The notes under the pieces: model-generated | The model's input: only the letters and a program-made list of their open reading frames with translations | Told to the model about the DNA's origin: nothing | The model's database searches: none | NCBI GenBank assembly: GCA_017547205.1 | Contig: JAFYQH010000057.1 | Coordinates: forward strand, 3,794 to 67,793 | DNA: 64,000 nt | Direction of reading: 5' to 3' | From: Bacteroidaceae bacterium | Lineage (GTDB): Bacteria > Bacteroidota > Bacteroidia > Bacteroidales > Bacteroidaceae | Made by a program: the position numbers and the translations under genes | Part shown: piece after piece, positions 36,261 to 45,378 of the stretch | Numbering within the stretch: position 1 is the stretch's first letter | Layout of the letters: each line of letters starts with the position of its first letter

Positions 36261-37210
36261 TGAATCAACAGTATGCCATGAAAATATATTCAGCACCTCT
36301 TCAGGGATTTACTGAGGCTGTTTGGCGTAATGTGCATTCAGGGGTTTTTGGCGGCATCGATGGCTACTATACGCCCTTCCTGCGTTATGAGCATGGCGAG
36401 ATACGCAGCAAGGATGTGCGTGACATTGAGCGCAAGAATAATTCCGTGGAGAATCTTGTTCCGCAGATAATCGTTGCAACTCCCGATGAGATGCACCCGC
36501 TCATGGAACTGTTAGTCAATGAAGGCTACAGCCGTGTGGATATAAACATGGGCTGTTCTTTCCCCCTGCAGATGCGCAAGAAACATGGTGCCGGGCTGCT
36601 CCCCTATCCCCATATGGTCGCATCGATACTCAAGGCCACAGCCGATTATCCCGGGTTCAAGTTTTCGGTTAAGATGCGTCTGGGGTGTGAAAGCAAGGAC
36701 GAATGGCGCGCCTTGCTGCCAATCTTGAACGATACGCCTTTGGAGCATATAACCATGCATCCACGCCTTGGTGTCGAGCAATACAAGAAACCGGTTGATA
36801 TTGACGCTTTTGCCGAGTTTTATTTGGCTTGCACTCATCCAGTGATATATAATGGCGACTTGCTAACTTTTGGCGATATCAAGCGTGTGGAAAATGATTT
36901 CCCCGGCCTTAAAGGCATAATGCTCGGACGGGGACTACTTGCAAACCCGGCTCTTGGTATTGAATACCATAACAGCCGTGCAATGGCCGATGATGAACTG
37001 TGTGCTTTGGTGCAACGCATGCACGATACCATGTTCCGCGAACTGTCACCACGCCTGCAGGGTAATACACAATTCCTTACAAAGATGAAACCCTATTGGG
37101 AGTACCTTCTTCCTACCCTTCCAAAGCGTTTGCGCAAGCCCATTCTCAAATCAACGACAATAGAGAAATACCAGATTGCAGTGGCGAATGCATTGCGAGG
37201 AGAGTGGTAA
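36260..37210 (+). CDS. tRNA-dihydrouridine synthase family protein
   Basis: Contains APLQGFTEAVWRNV...VDINMGCSFP...KMRLG...HPRLGVEQYKKP, the Dus TIM-barrel pattern with a catalytic Cys context. Confidence 0.8.
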   Translation: MNQQYAMKIYSAPLQGFTEAVWRNVHSGVFGGIDGYYTPFLRYEHGEIRSKDVRDIERKNNSVENLVPQIIVATPDEMHPLMELLVNEGYSRVDINMGCSFPLQMRKKHGAGLLPYPHMVASILKATADYPGFKFSVKMRLGCESKDEWRALLPILNDTPLEHITMHPRLGVEQYKKPVDIDAFAEFYLACTHPVIYNGDLLTFGDIKRVENDFPGLKGIMLGRGLLANPALGIEYHNSRAMADDELCALVQRMHDTMFRELSPRLQGNTQFLTKMKPYWEYLLPTLPKRLRKPILKSTTIEKYQIAVANALRGEW

Positions 37211-37238
37211 TTTCCACTCTTTACGTAATTTATATTCT

Positions 37239-38129
37239 TTAAACTGTTGCTGTTCCGTTGTCCAAAAGTCTGTCATTTTTCACAAACTCTATCTGTGCCG
37301 CAAGGTTGTACCCTTCTTCGTACAGTGCGAGTATCTTCTGTATGTCGCGCTCCATGCGTCCCACTTCTATTGGTCTGACGGGGCGCAGCACCTCTACCCT
37401 GCCTTCGTTCTCCATACTTTCAACGAGCTCCATCTGGCGGTTGTACATGGCATTGCGTCCACGTATCGCCTTCTTGGCATTGGGGTATTTCCTATAAAAG
37501 AAAAACGGCACCTTGGTAGGTTTACCGGGCTTGCGGTATCCGCGGTTGCGGGTAAGGACGACAAGGAGGTTGTCGCATCCCTGGGACATGGCGCGTTCGA
37601 TAGGGATTGAATCAGAGATGCCGCCGTCGAGCATGGGTTCCCCGTCTACGTATGTTATGGGGCAGACGAAAGGCAGGCTGCTCGATGCCTTTACAATGTC
37701 AATCACACGCTTGGGGTCGTTCTTTTCCTCGAAGTAGCATGCCTTGCCCGTTATACAGCTTGTTGTCACAGCTTCGAACCGTTCCGTTGTCCTGGCAAGT
37801 GCCTCGTAATCATATGGGTATATCTCTTCGGGCAACTTGTGGAACAGCAGGTCGAAGTCCATGATATTGCCCTTTGTGATGAGATGCCTGAACCCTATGT
37901 ATCTGTATTTCTCGAGCAGGACGGTATTCGTGTATTTGGCCCTGCCGCGCTGCACCGACAGGTATGAAAGTGCATTGCATGCTCCGGCACTTACACCTAT
38001 TATATAAGGGAAGCGTATGCCCCGGTCCATGAAGTTGTCCAGTACGCCTATGGTGAATATGCCGCGCATGCCACCACCCTCGAGAACAAGGCCGCTCTTT
38101 TCGTTAATTTCAAAAATTTTCTTTCCCAT
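37239..38129 (-). CDS. Patatin-like phospholipase family protein (cytoplasmic type)
   Basis: Contains LVLEGGGMRGIFTIGVL...IIGVSAGACN...LDGGISDSIP (GGGxRG, GxSxG, DGG). Confidence 0.88.
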   Translation of the reverse strand: MGKKIFEINEKSGLVLEGGGMRGIFTIGVLDNFMDRGIRFPYIIGVSAGACNALSYLSVQRGRAKYTNTVLLEKYRYIGFRHLITKGNIMDFDLLFHKLPEEIYPYDYEALARTTERFEAVTTSCITGKACYFEEKNDPKRVIDIVKASSSLPFVCPITYVDGEPMLDGGISDSIPIERAMSQGCDNLLVVLTRNRGYRKPGKPTKVPFFFYRKYPNAKKAIRGRNAMYNRQMELVESMENEGRVEVLRPVRPIEVGRMERDIQKILALYEEGYNLAAQIEFVKNDRLLDNGTATV

Positions 38130-38301
38130 GATGCAAATTTACAAATTATAGCGGTAAATATGAACAATGGAAAGCTGTTTTTGGTTGGGAGTGCATTTTG
38201 TTCAATGTATATCATATAATTGCAGTTAATAATCGTATAAGTCCAATATTTGTGTCTGTTTTTTCATATCTTAGTATCGTAAATATCTAAGTTGAATAAT
38301 T

Positions 38302-38892
38302 ATGAAGAACAGAACAGTTGTATTGTTTCTTGCAGGAATGCTTTTGGCAGCCTGTGGTGGAACTGAAAAGAACACTAGTGAGGTAAAGGAGTTGGAACCG
38401 GCAGTTGCCGAAGTCAATAAGGATAGTGTAACGGTTTATGAGCACGACTATATTGTGAAGGTGGGTGATATGGCCCCCGATTTCACTCTCGACCTTATTG
38501 ACGGTACAAAGTTTACATTGTCCGAACAGCGCGGCAAGGTTGTCATGCTGCAGTTCACTGCGGGTTGGTGCGGTGTGTGCCGCAAGGAGATGCCGTTCAT
38601 AGAAAGTGAAATATGGCAGCGTCACAAGGGGAACAGCGATTTCGTACTTGTCGGTATAGACCGTGAGGAGACCAGGGAAGAGATTCTGCCGTTCATCGAA
38701 AAGGTGGGTACGACCTACCCCATTGCCATGGATACTAATGCCGATGTCTTTGCAAGCTATGCTCTTCGCAACTCGGGCATAACACGCAATGTGCTCATTG
38801 ACCGTGACGGAAAGATAGTAATGCTCACTCGGTTGTTCGAGGAAGAGGAATTCAATAATCTCGTGAAAAAGATCGATGACATGCTAAAATAA
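38302..38892 (+). CDS. TlpA-like thiol:disulfide oxidoreductase (thioredoxin fold lipoprotein)
   Basis: Lipobox LLAAC. Contains GKVVMLQFTAGWCGVCRKEMP (CxxC). Confidence 0.85.
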   Translation: MKNRTVVLFLAGMLLAACGGTEKNTSEVKELEPAVAEVNKDSVTVYEHDYIVKVGDMAPDFTLDLIDGTKFTLSEQRGKVVMLQFTAGWCGVCRKEMPFIESEIWQRHKGNSDFVLVGIDREETREEILPFIEKVGTTYPIAMDTNADVFASYALRNSGITRNVLIDRDGKIVMLTRLFEEEEFNNLVKKIDDMLK

Positions 38893-38984
38893 CCTGTGGC
38901 GTTCCGTTACTACCCCTTGCGGCCTTTATTAGCAGGTGGGAGTATTATGAACGAGTGTTTCACACATAGTAGGCATTAAACATA

Positions 38985-39135
38985 TAGCAATAATATAGAT
39001 GTTGACCCAGCAATGTCATTCCGACAGAGCAAAGCGACGAGGGATCTCTAGCAACAATATACGAGATATCTCACGTTCGTTCGATATGACATCAACGCGT
39101 TTTTAGTATGTGGGTCAACTGCTATATTATTACCA
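38985..39135. mobile_element. MITE/REP-like intergenic element with terminal inverted repeats and an internal long hairpin
   Basis: The terminal repeats are aataatatagatgttgaccca (38989-39009) and tgggtcaactgctatattatt (39111-39131), 19 of 21 bases complementary. The core gtcattccgacagagcaaagcgacgagggatctc ... gagatatctcacgttcgttcgatatgac folds back on itself. Confidence 0.5.
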
Positions 39136-39140
39136 AACAT

Positions 39141-39178
39141 ATACATCAAAAGCAGCCCGCGGGCTGCTTTTGATGTAT
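39141..39178. terminator. Bidirectional terminator between the TlpA-like gene and galE
   Basis: atacatcaaaagcagcccgc-gggctgcttttgatgtat. Confidence 0.8.
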
Positions 39179-39195
39179 ATATAAGATGTATAAAC

Positions 39196-40212
39196 TTACT
39201 CCTCGAAACCGTTCGGGTTGTTCTTCTGCCAGTTCCAGCTGTCGCGGCACATCTCCTCGATACCGAACTGAGCCTTCCAACCGAGTTCTGCCTCAGCCTT
39301 TGCTGGGTTGCAATAGCAAGTAGCGATGTCACCCGGGCGGCGTGGCTTGATTGAATAAGGAACGGGAACACCGTTGGCCTTCTCGAATGCCTTCACTACG
39401 TCGAGCACTGAATAGCCGTGGCCTGTACCGATGTTGTAGATTGCAATACCCTTCTTCTCAACAATGGCCTTGAGTGCAGCAACGTGGGCACGAGCAAGGT
39501 CAACAACATGTATGTAGTCGCGTACACCTGTACCGTCGTGTGTGTCATAGTCATCACCGAACACGCCCAGTTCAGCACGCTTGCCTACTGCAGTCTGTGT
39601 GATGTAAGGCATCAGGTTGTTGGGGATACCGTTGGGGTTCTCTCCTATTGTACCGCTCTTGTGTGCGCCAATGGGGTTGAAGTAGCGGAGAAGAACAATG
39701 TTCCACTCGTTATCGGCCTTCTGAATATCCATGAGAACCTCCTCGAGCATAGACTTTGTCTGTCCGTAGGGGTTTGTGCAGTGACCCTTCGGGCACTCCT
39801 CGGTAATAGGAATTATGGCCGGGTCGCCGTAAACAGTAGCACTTGAAGAGAAAATCATGTTCTTGCAACCGTTCTTGCGCATAACGTCAGCAAGTACGAA
39901 TGTACCGTTCATGTTGTTCTCGTAGTACTCAAGAGGCTTTGCGCAACTCTCGCCTACAGCCTTGAGGCCGGCGAAGTGGATACATGCATCGAACTTGTGC
40001 TCGTCGAAAACCTTCTGCAGACCCTCGCGGTCACGTATGTCAACCTTGTAGAAAGGAACCTCCTTGCCAATAATCTTTGCAACACGCTTCAACGAGATTG
40101 GAGACGAGTTGTCAAGGTTATCAACAACAACAGCATCGTGGCCTGCTTCTGTAAGCTCAATCAAGGTGTGGCTTCCGATGAAACCAGCACCGCCAGTCAA
40201 TAGGATTTTCAT
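39196..40212 (-). CDS. galE: UDP-glucose 4-epimerase
   Basis: Contains MKILLTGGAGFIGSH...SSSATVYG...YGQTKSMLE (YxxxK). Confidence 0.93.
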   Translation of the reverse strand: MKILLTGGAGFIGSHTLIELTEAGHDAVVVDNLDNSSPISLKRVAKIIGKEVPFYKVDIRDREGLQKVFDEHKFDACIHFAGLKAVGESCAKPLEYYENNMNGTFVLADVMRKNGCKNMIFSSSATVYGDPAIIPITEECPKGHCTNPYGQTKSMLEEVLMDIQKADNEWNIVLLRYFNPIGAHKSGTIGENPNGIPNNLMPYITQTAVGKRAELGVFGDDYDTHDGTGVRDYIHVVDLARAHVAALKAIVEKKGIAIYNIGTGHGYSVLDVVKAFEKANGVPVPYSIKPRRPGDIATCYCNPAKAEAELGWKAQFGIEEMCRDSWNWQKNNPNGFEE

Positions 40213-40283
40213 TTTAGTGAGTTTATTGTAATGTTATAAGTTGTTCCCGAAAAACAGTTACACCCTATTTGGCATAATTATCG

Positions 40284-40291
40284 CAAATTTA
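40284..40291 (-). promoter_or_regulatory. -7 promoter box (TAAATTTG on the minus strand) for galE
   Basis: The reverse complement of caaattta lies ~72 nt upstream of the galE ATG. Confidence 0.4.
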
Positions 40292-40460
40292 ATACATTTT
40301 ATCCAACAGCAAAATAATTTGCATGAATTATTGACTTCTCTACATTTTCTATGGAATCCGTTGAATATCGTTACCCGATTGGCAAGAGGCAATCGGTGCC
40401 AAAAATAATGCTTTATATAAAATAGTTGCCGAAAAACAAGGCTGTTACGCGAAAATGTAT

Positions 40461-40468
40461 TACCTTTG
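40461..40468 (+). promoter_or_regulatory. -7 promoter box (TACCTTTG) for rpsP
   Basis: An exact TAnnTTTG match 61 nt upstream of the ATG at 40529. Confidence 0.45.
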
Positions 40469-40528
40469 TACCGCCTATACGAGTTATGGGCTGACTCAAA
40501 TCATTAATCCATTAAAAACAAACAAAAA

Positions 40529-41080
40529 ATGGCAACAAAAATCAGACTTCAGAGAAGAGGCCACAAGCACTATGCCTTCTACTCTATCGTGATTGCAGAT
40601 TCGAGAGCTCCACGTGATGGAAAGTTCACCGAGAAGATCGGTACTTACAACCCTAACACAAACCCTGCTTCTGTTGAACTCAACTTCGAGCGCGCATTGT
40701 GGTGGGTTAACAACGGTGCTACTCCTACCGACACAGTTCGTAACATCCTTTCTCGCGAGGGCGTTTATTTGATGAAGCACCTCCAGGGCGGTGTTAAGAA
40801 GGGTGCATTTGACGAGGCTGCTGCACAGGCTAAGTTCGAGGCTTGGAAGAATGCTAAGGTAAATGCTCTCAACGGTATCAAGAGCGCTGAAGAGCAGGCT
40901 AAGCGTGACAACAAGAAGGCACGTTTGGAGGCTGAGAAGGAGGTTAACGCAGCTATTGCAAAGAAGGTTGCTGACAAGAAGGCTGCCGAGGCTCTTGCAA
41001 AGGCTGAGGCTGAGGCTGCTGCAGCTGCTGAAGAGGCTGCTCCTGCAGAGGAGGCAACTGAGGCTCCCGCTGAGGCTTAA
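40529..41080 (+). CDS. rpsP: 30S ribosomal protein S16 with an Ala/Glu/Lys-rich C-terminal extension
   Basis: Contains [42 protein letters not shown]..., followed by about 90 aa of low complexity. Confidence 0.95.
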   Translation: MATKIRLQRRGHKHYAFYSIVIADSRAPRDGKFTEKIGTYNPNTNPASVELNFERALWWVNNGATPTDTVRNILSREGVYLMKHLQGGVKKGAFDEAAAQAKFEAWKNAKVNALNGIKSAEEQAKRDNKKARLEAEKEVNAAIAKKVADKKAAEALAKAEAEAAAAAEEAAPAEEATEAPAEA

Positions 41081-41123
41081 GAACCTTTCCCCTTTGGGGG
41101 GTTGCAGTAATGCTCAAAATAAT

Positions 41124-41290
41124 GAGGGCGACCCAAAAGTAAAAGGGTCGCCCTCATTTGTAGGAAGTTGAATAAAAAGAGCTATTTTTAGGCTTGCGAA
41201 GCCCGAAAAAGCACAGTTTACTAAGCGTAAATGAGCATTTTGAGGGCGAGTGCAACAACAAAATAGCCTTTTTAGTCAGCTTCATTCATT
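41124..41290. repeat. Left copy of a ~165-bp inverted repeat pair (includes the rpsP terminator hairpin at 41124-41156)
   Basis: The core at 41171-41285 is aataaaaagagctatttttaggcttgcgaagcccgaaaaagcacagtttactaagcgtaaatgagcattttgagggcgagtgcaacaacaaaatagcctttttagtcagcttcatt. It matches the reverse complement of the 45.19-45.31 kb region with 2 mismatches by eye. The hairpin is gagggcgaccc-aaaagtaaaa-gggtcgccctc. Confidence 0.85.
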
Positions 41291-41387
41291 ATATAAAAAA
41301 GGACTGTTTGCCATTAATGGCTATGTCACAGGGGCCAAGATACGAGAATCCTTTCTACCTTACATCAGTTCCTGCCTGGCAACTGCA

Positions 41388-41867
41388 TCACCTCTCCTGT
41401 ATACCATTCTCCAACTCCAGAAGCATTCTCTTTTTGTCTGTTCCTGCCGCGTATCCGGTGAGGCTTCCGTCCTGTCCCACAACCCTGTGGCAAGGGACAA
41501 CAATGAGCAACGGGTTGCGGTTGCATGCCATGCCTACCGCACGTGCCGCTCCGGGTTTGCCAATGCGGGCAGCAATTTCGCCGTATGTGGTAACGCTACC
41601 GTGAGGTATTTTAAGCAGTTCGTTCCAGACTCTAATCTGGAATGCAGTGCCGTTCATCCTGATGGGAATACCGAATTCCTTTCTCTTGCCGGCAAAGTAT
41701 TCCTCGAGTTCGTTTATTGTCTGCATTGCAACAGGTGTCTCTGCCTGTGCTAGTTCCTGAACTCTGTCCGTTGCAATCCTTATGGAGAGAACAGCACTGC
41801 CATCAGTGGCAACAGCCAGTCGGCCAACTGGCGTATCGAGCAATATTGTACTTTCTTCAATCATCAT
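41388..41867 (-). CDS. ogt: Methylated-DNA--protein-cysteine methyltransferase
   Basis: Contains ...IPHGSVTTYGEIAARIGKPGAARAVGMACNRNPLLIVVPCHRVV (PCHR active site). Confidence 0.92.
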   Translation of the reverse strand: MMIEESTILLDTPVGRLAVATDGSAVLSIRIATDRVQELAQAETPVAMQTINELEEYFAGKRKEFGIPIRMNGTAFQIRVWNELLKIPHGSVTTYGEIAARIGKPGAARAVGMACNRNPLLIVVPCHRVVGQDGSLTGYAAGTDKKRMLLELENGIQER

Positions 41868-41954
41868 TGTGCTAATATAATCCTATTTTGTTGCATTACC
41901 TAAAGTGTCATCCATTTTGAATGTGCAACGCTTTGTATTTAATGTAAAAAGGAG

Positions 41955-41962
41955 TATTTTTG
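41955..41962 (+). promoter_or_regulatory. -7 promoter box (TATTTTTG)
   Basis: Lies 36 nt upstream of the ATG at 41998, which supports the shorter start for the lipoprotein gene. Confidence 0.4.
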
Positions 41963-41997
41963 CAGATATCTCATTAAGGACGAAGACAAAACGGCAA

Positions 41998-43233
41998 ATG
42001 AAAAAAAATATATTTGGCATATTGTTGCTGACATTGGGCGCAGTGCTTCTGTTGCCTTCATGCGGCGAGGACCGCTCGGGAGAGTATTACGAGAAGACTC
42101 AGGAGAACCAGTGGATATATACAACCATGCAGGAGCATTACCTGTGGGGCGATTCCCTTCCTTCGCTTGAGAGGAACCAGTATTTCTCCACTACCTCAAA
42201 GTTCTTCTCCTCTTTGTTGCATAAGAGGGACAAGGTATCTTTTTTCAACGACACAATATCGGCCGGCAGTTATGGACTTACATTCGCGCTGATGCGTGAC
42301 CCGCTTGGTGTACGCCCCGGTAAGGTATATGCAATGGTGCTCAATGCACATGTAGGGTCGCCGGCATACAATGCAGGCATACGCCGCGGAACATGGATAA
42401 CATCCTTGGACGGAAAGGCCCTGTCGACATCGAGCAATGCAATGCTCACTTCGGGCGACGCGGTTGAAGTAGTTACTGAATATATCGACTATGATGACGA
42501 AACAGGAGAGTATTTCTGGGCGAATGGTGACACGCTGTCGATGCCAGCCTCTTACGATTACCCGGTCAATTCGGTAGCACACTACTCTACCATCAATGTA
42601 CGCGACAGGAAAGTCGGCTATCTAGTACTCGACAACATGACCGGTGACGGCTTTATTGACAACACTCAGGATATACTGCTTGGCTTTGCGGGCGCTGATG
42701 TGACGGATGTTGCTCTCGATCTCCGTTATTGCAACGGAGGTACATTGCCGAATGCAACATCTTTGGCAAGTAGTTTTGTCCCCTCGACGGCATTCGGTAC
42801 CCCATTCTGTTCACTTGTAGGCAAAGGTGAGGCTGTGGATACTGTTTACAACTATTCGGCTCAGGTGGCCAACCTCAGCGACAAGAATCTTTACGTGATA
42901 CTCGGTAGTCGCACACATGGTGTCGCCGAGCTGTTGGCAAGTTCCCTCAAGAGCACTCTTGGCACATCGGGTGTAATAACTCTTGGAGCAAGGACTGATG
43001 GTGGCGGAATGATGACTGTTGCCATACAGGCACCGTATGGTTTCACGATAAACCCGGTGGTCTCAATAATGCTCGATGTCGCGGGAAAGGAGATTCCTTC
43101 ATCAGGAGTAAAGGCCGATTGTGCTATGGATGAGCTTGCCAATCCGTTCAAAGTGCACCCGTTGGGAAGTGAACAGGAGCATATTCTGTACAATATCATG
43201 TATCTTATAGTGAACGGCATGCTGCCTGAATAA
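41998..43233 (+). CDS. S41 (C-terminal processing peptidase)-like lipoprotein, possibly catalytically inactive
   Basis: Lipobox LLLPSCGE. A PDZ-like segment is GSPAYNAGIRRGTWITSLDGKAL. The S41-like core is VGYLVLDNM...DLRYCNGG...YVILGSRTHGVAELLASSL...TLGARTDGGG. Confidence 0.55.
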   Translation: MKKNIFGILLLTLGAVLLLPSCGEDRSGEYYEKTQENQWIYTTMQEHYLWGDSLPSLERNQYFSTTSKFFSSLLHKRDKVSFFNDTISAGSYGLTFALMRDPLGVRPGKVYAMVLNAHVGSPAYNAGIRRGTWITSLDGKALSTSSNAMLTSGDAVEVVTEYIDYDDETGEYFWANGDTLSMPASYDYPVNSVAHYSTINVRDRKVGYLVLDNMTGDGFIDNTQDILLGFAGADVTDVALDLRYCNGGTLPNATSLASSFVPSTAFGTPFCSLVGKGEAVDTVYNYSAQVANLSDKNLYVILGSRTHGVAELLASSLKSTLGTSGVITLGARTDGGGMMTVAIQAPYGFTINPVVSIMLDVAGKEIPSSGVKADCAMDELANPFKVHPLGSEQEHILYNIMYLIVNGMLPE

Positions 43234-43281
43234 CAGCAAGCGGGAACCGGATTCCATCTTTTTTATTAAATCTCATACAAC

Positions 43282-43319
43282 GAGGGTGGCCCATCGCATC
43301 ATACTGCGCGGCCACCCTC
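43282..43319 (+). terminator. Hairpin terminator
   Basis: gagggtggcc-(18 nt)-ggccaccctc, followed by a T-rich tract. Confidence 0.55.
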
Positions 43320-43416
43320 TATCTTTATAACCTTTTTTTCAATTAATAAACAAAAAATACAAAACCCGGGGCTTGCAACGAGTGTTATTCCAATGAGTAA
43401 CCTAAAAACTATTGGA

Positions 43417-43905
43417 ATGAAAAAGATTGTATTTTTTGCGGCAGCCTCGGCTGTGTTGCTGCTGCATGCCTGCAACTCCTGCAACGGCAACAAAAGTGAT
43501 GCAATGGTAATGGAAATGGAGACAGACAGCATATACATGCTCAATGATTCTACCATTGCCGATGCGCAGACATTCGTGTTCGAGGGCCTTGCGCCCATGG
43601 CCAACAATGCCCCGGCCGAGGTTGTGCTTGCATTCAGGACTATAAGCCTGAACCAGGACGGTACTTACACCATTACTACCGACTACATCGATGAGGGGCT
43701 GGCAACACAGACCGACAATGGCGATGCGGTCATCATCATGGGCACGGCCAATGACAGCACAGCTACAATAATTGAGCTTGTGTCGGCCAACAACATGCCG
43801 CCGGTGAACTTCCTGATGCAGGGCGACAGCTCATTGGTGAGAGTAAACAGGAACGGTGCCCCCATCAGCAACAACCCGGCCCACAAACTGAATATGAAGA
43901 AATAG
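43417..43905 (+). CDS. Lipoprotein, NlpE N-terminal-domain-like
   Basis: MKKIVFFAAASAVLLLHACNSC (lipobox). The pattern FEGLAPMANNAPAEVVLAFRTISLNQDGTYTITTDY resembles NlpE_N-type lipoproteins but without the Cys pair. Confidence 0.5.
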   Translation: MKKIVFFAAASAVLLLHACNSCNGNKSDAMVMEMETDSIYMLNDSTIADAQTFVFEGLAPMANNAPAEVVLAFRTISLNQDGTYTITTDYIDEGLATQTDNGDAVIIMGTANDSTATIIELVSANNMPPVNFLMQGDSSLVRVNRNGAPISNNPAHKLNMKK

Positions 43906-43926
43906 TAACCCTTAAAAATTTAAGAT

Positions 43927-44547
43927 ATGAAAAAGCTGTTATTATTCCCTTTGCTTGCAGTGGCTTTGCTTGCGTCATGCGAGAAGGATCCCGACATGGA
44001 CAAACTCGAGAATAATTATCTTGTTTACACCAATTACGATTCGGGAACCGATTTCAAAACTTTCAATACCTATTATGTCATCGACAGCATATTCATAATA
44101 GGCAACAGCGAAAAGGCCGAATACTGGAACAACGAGAACTCGCAGAAGATTGTCACCGCGTTCGGCGACCAGCTTGCAGCTGCCGGTTATATACCAGCCG
44201 CAGGTATCGATGATGCTGACATAGTGCTGCAATTGAGCTATATAAGTACAACATACTACATGGGGAGCTATGGCCCCGGTCCATGGTGGAACAGTTATCC
44301 GGGCTATTGGAACTGGGGAGGCTGGGGATGGTACTATCCTTACAGTTTCGCATACACTTACAGTACCGGTTCCATAATAGGTGAACTTGTCGACACCAAC
44401 GCGCCTACACCACAGAATGACAAGCTTACGGTGGTATGGAACTCATATATATGCGGCCTGCTTGCCGGCAACAACCTTAGTCTTTCACGTACCATGGAGG
44501 CAATTTCCCAGGCGTTCAAGCAGTCGCCTTACCTCACGAACAAGTAG
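43927..44547 (+). CDS. DUF4136-like lipoprotein
   Basis: Lipobox LLASCEKD and a Trp/Tyr/Gly-rich segment, WWNSYPGYWNWGGWGWYYPY. Gap is 21 nt. Confidence 0.5.
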   Translation: MKKLLLFPLLAVALLASCEKDPDMDKLENNYLVYTNYDSGTDFKTFNTYYVIDSIFIIGNSEKAEYWNNENSQKIVTAFGDQLAAAGYIPAAGIDDADIVLQLSYISTTYYMGSYGPGPWWNSYPGYWNWGGWGWYYPYSFAYTYSTGSIIGELVDTNAPTPQNDKLTVVWNSYICGLLAGNNLSLSRTMEAISQAFKQSPYLTNK

Positions 44548-44568
44548 AACCTTTAAAATCCTTACGAT

Positions 44569-45189
44569 ATGAAACGAATACGAATTTCATTGTGTGCAGT
44601 GTTGGTGATATTGCTTGCATGTGCCCCGTCGGGCAGCAAGGCTCAGTTGTCACTCAACAGTTATTTCAATATAGATTGGCAGGTGAACATGCCTGTTGGG
44701 AACAAGTTTGCCGATGGAATAAGCGGCTGGGGAATGAATTTCGAGGGCGGATATTATGTAACCGACAATATTGCTGTTGGTGCGTTCCTCAATTTCCATA
44801 CGAACAACGAATACTTTTCGCGCCGTACATTGGCACTGGACAAGACTCTTTCGCTGACTACCGATCAGCAGCACCAGATGTTCACACTCCCCTTTGGTGC
44901 ACTGGTACGTTACCGTTTTGTTGAAGCCGACTTCCAGCCTTATGTAGGAATGAAACTGGGATTATGCTATTCCGAGTTCAATGATTATTATTACATATAT
45001 GTCACCGAGCAGAACAAGTGGGGTTTCTATATGTCGCCCGAGGTCGGTTTCAACTGGTATCCATGGCCGAACAGTATAGGTTTCCATGCCGCGTTGTATT
45101 ACAGCTTTGCGACGAACAAATGCAACACGATGTCCTATTCGCAGAGTTCTTTGAGTAACTTCGGATTAAGGATAGGTGTCTCGTTCTGA
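44569..45189 (+). CDS. Small outer-membrane beta-barrel protein (OmpW/porin-family-like)
   Basis: Has a signal peptide, alternating hydrophobic strands, and the C-terminal ...FGLRIGVSF with a terminal aromatic residue. Confidence 0.7.
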   Translation: MKRIRISLCAVLVILLACAPSGSKAQLSLNSYFNIDWQVNMPVGNKFADGISGWGMNFEGGYYVTDNIAVGAFLNFHTNNEYFSRRTLALDKTLSLTTDQQHQMFTLPFGALVRYRFVEADFQPYVGMKLGLCYSEFNDYYYIYVTEQNKWGFYMSPEVGFNWYPWPNSIGFHAALYYSFATNKCNTMSYSQSSLSNFGLRIGVSF

Positions 45190-45357
45190 TATAAATGAAG
45201 CTGACTAAAAAGGCTATTTTGTTGTTGCACTCGCCCTCAAAATGCTCATTTACACTTAGTAAACTGCGCTTTTTCGGGCTTCGCAAGCCTAAAAATAGCT
45301 CTTTTTATTTAACTTCTCACAAACGAGGGTGTCCCTTAATACTTTGGGTCACCCTCA
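45190..45357. repeat. Right (inverted) copy of the ~165-bp repeat (includes the hairpin at 45325-45356)
   Basis: The reverse complement aligns along the whole of 41124-41290. The hairpin is gagggtgtccc...gggtcaccctc. Confidence 0.85.
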
Positions 45358-45378
45358 TTTATGTTGCATATTTATCTG

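Noticed and set aside
41194-41753. ORFs 41194-41604 and 41250-41753 (plus strand), and 45050-45286 (minus strand), beginning MRSPKK...SVNEHFEGECNNKIAF.
   Set aside because: They start inside the inverted-repeat element and then run antisense through ogt or into the OMP gene. The conserved part is only the repeat itself, so these are repeat-encoded pseudo-ORFs rather than genes.
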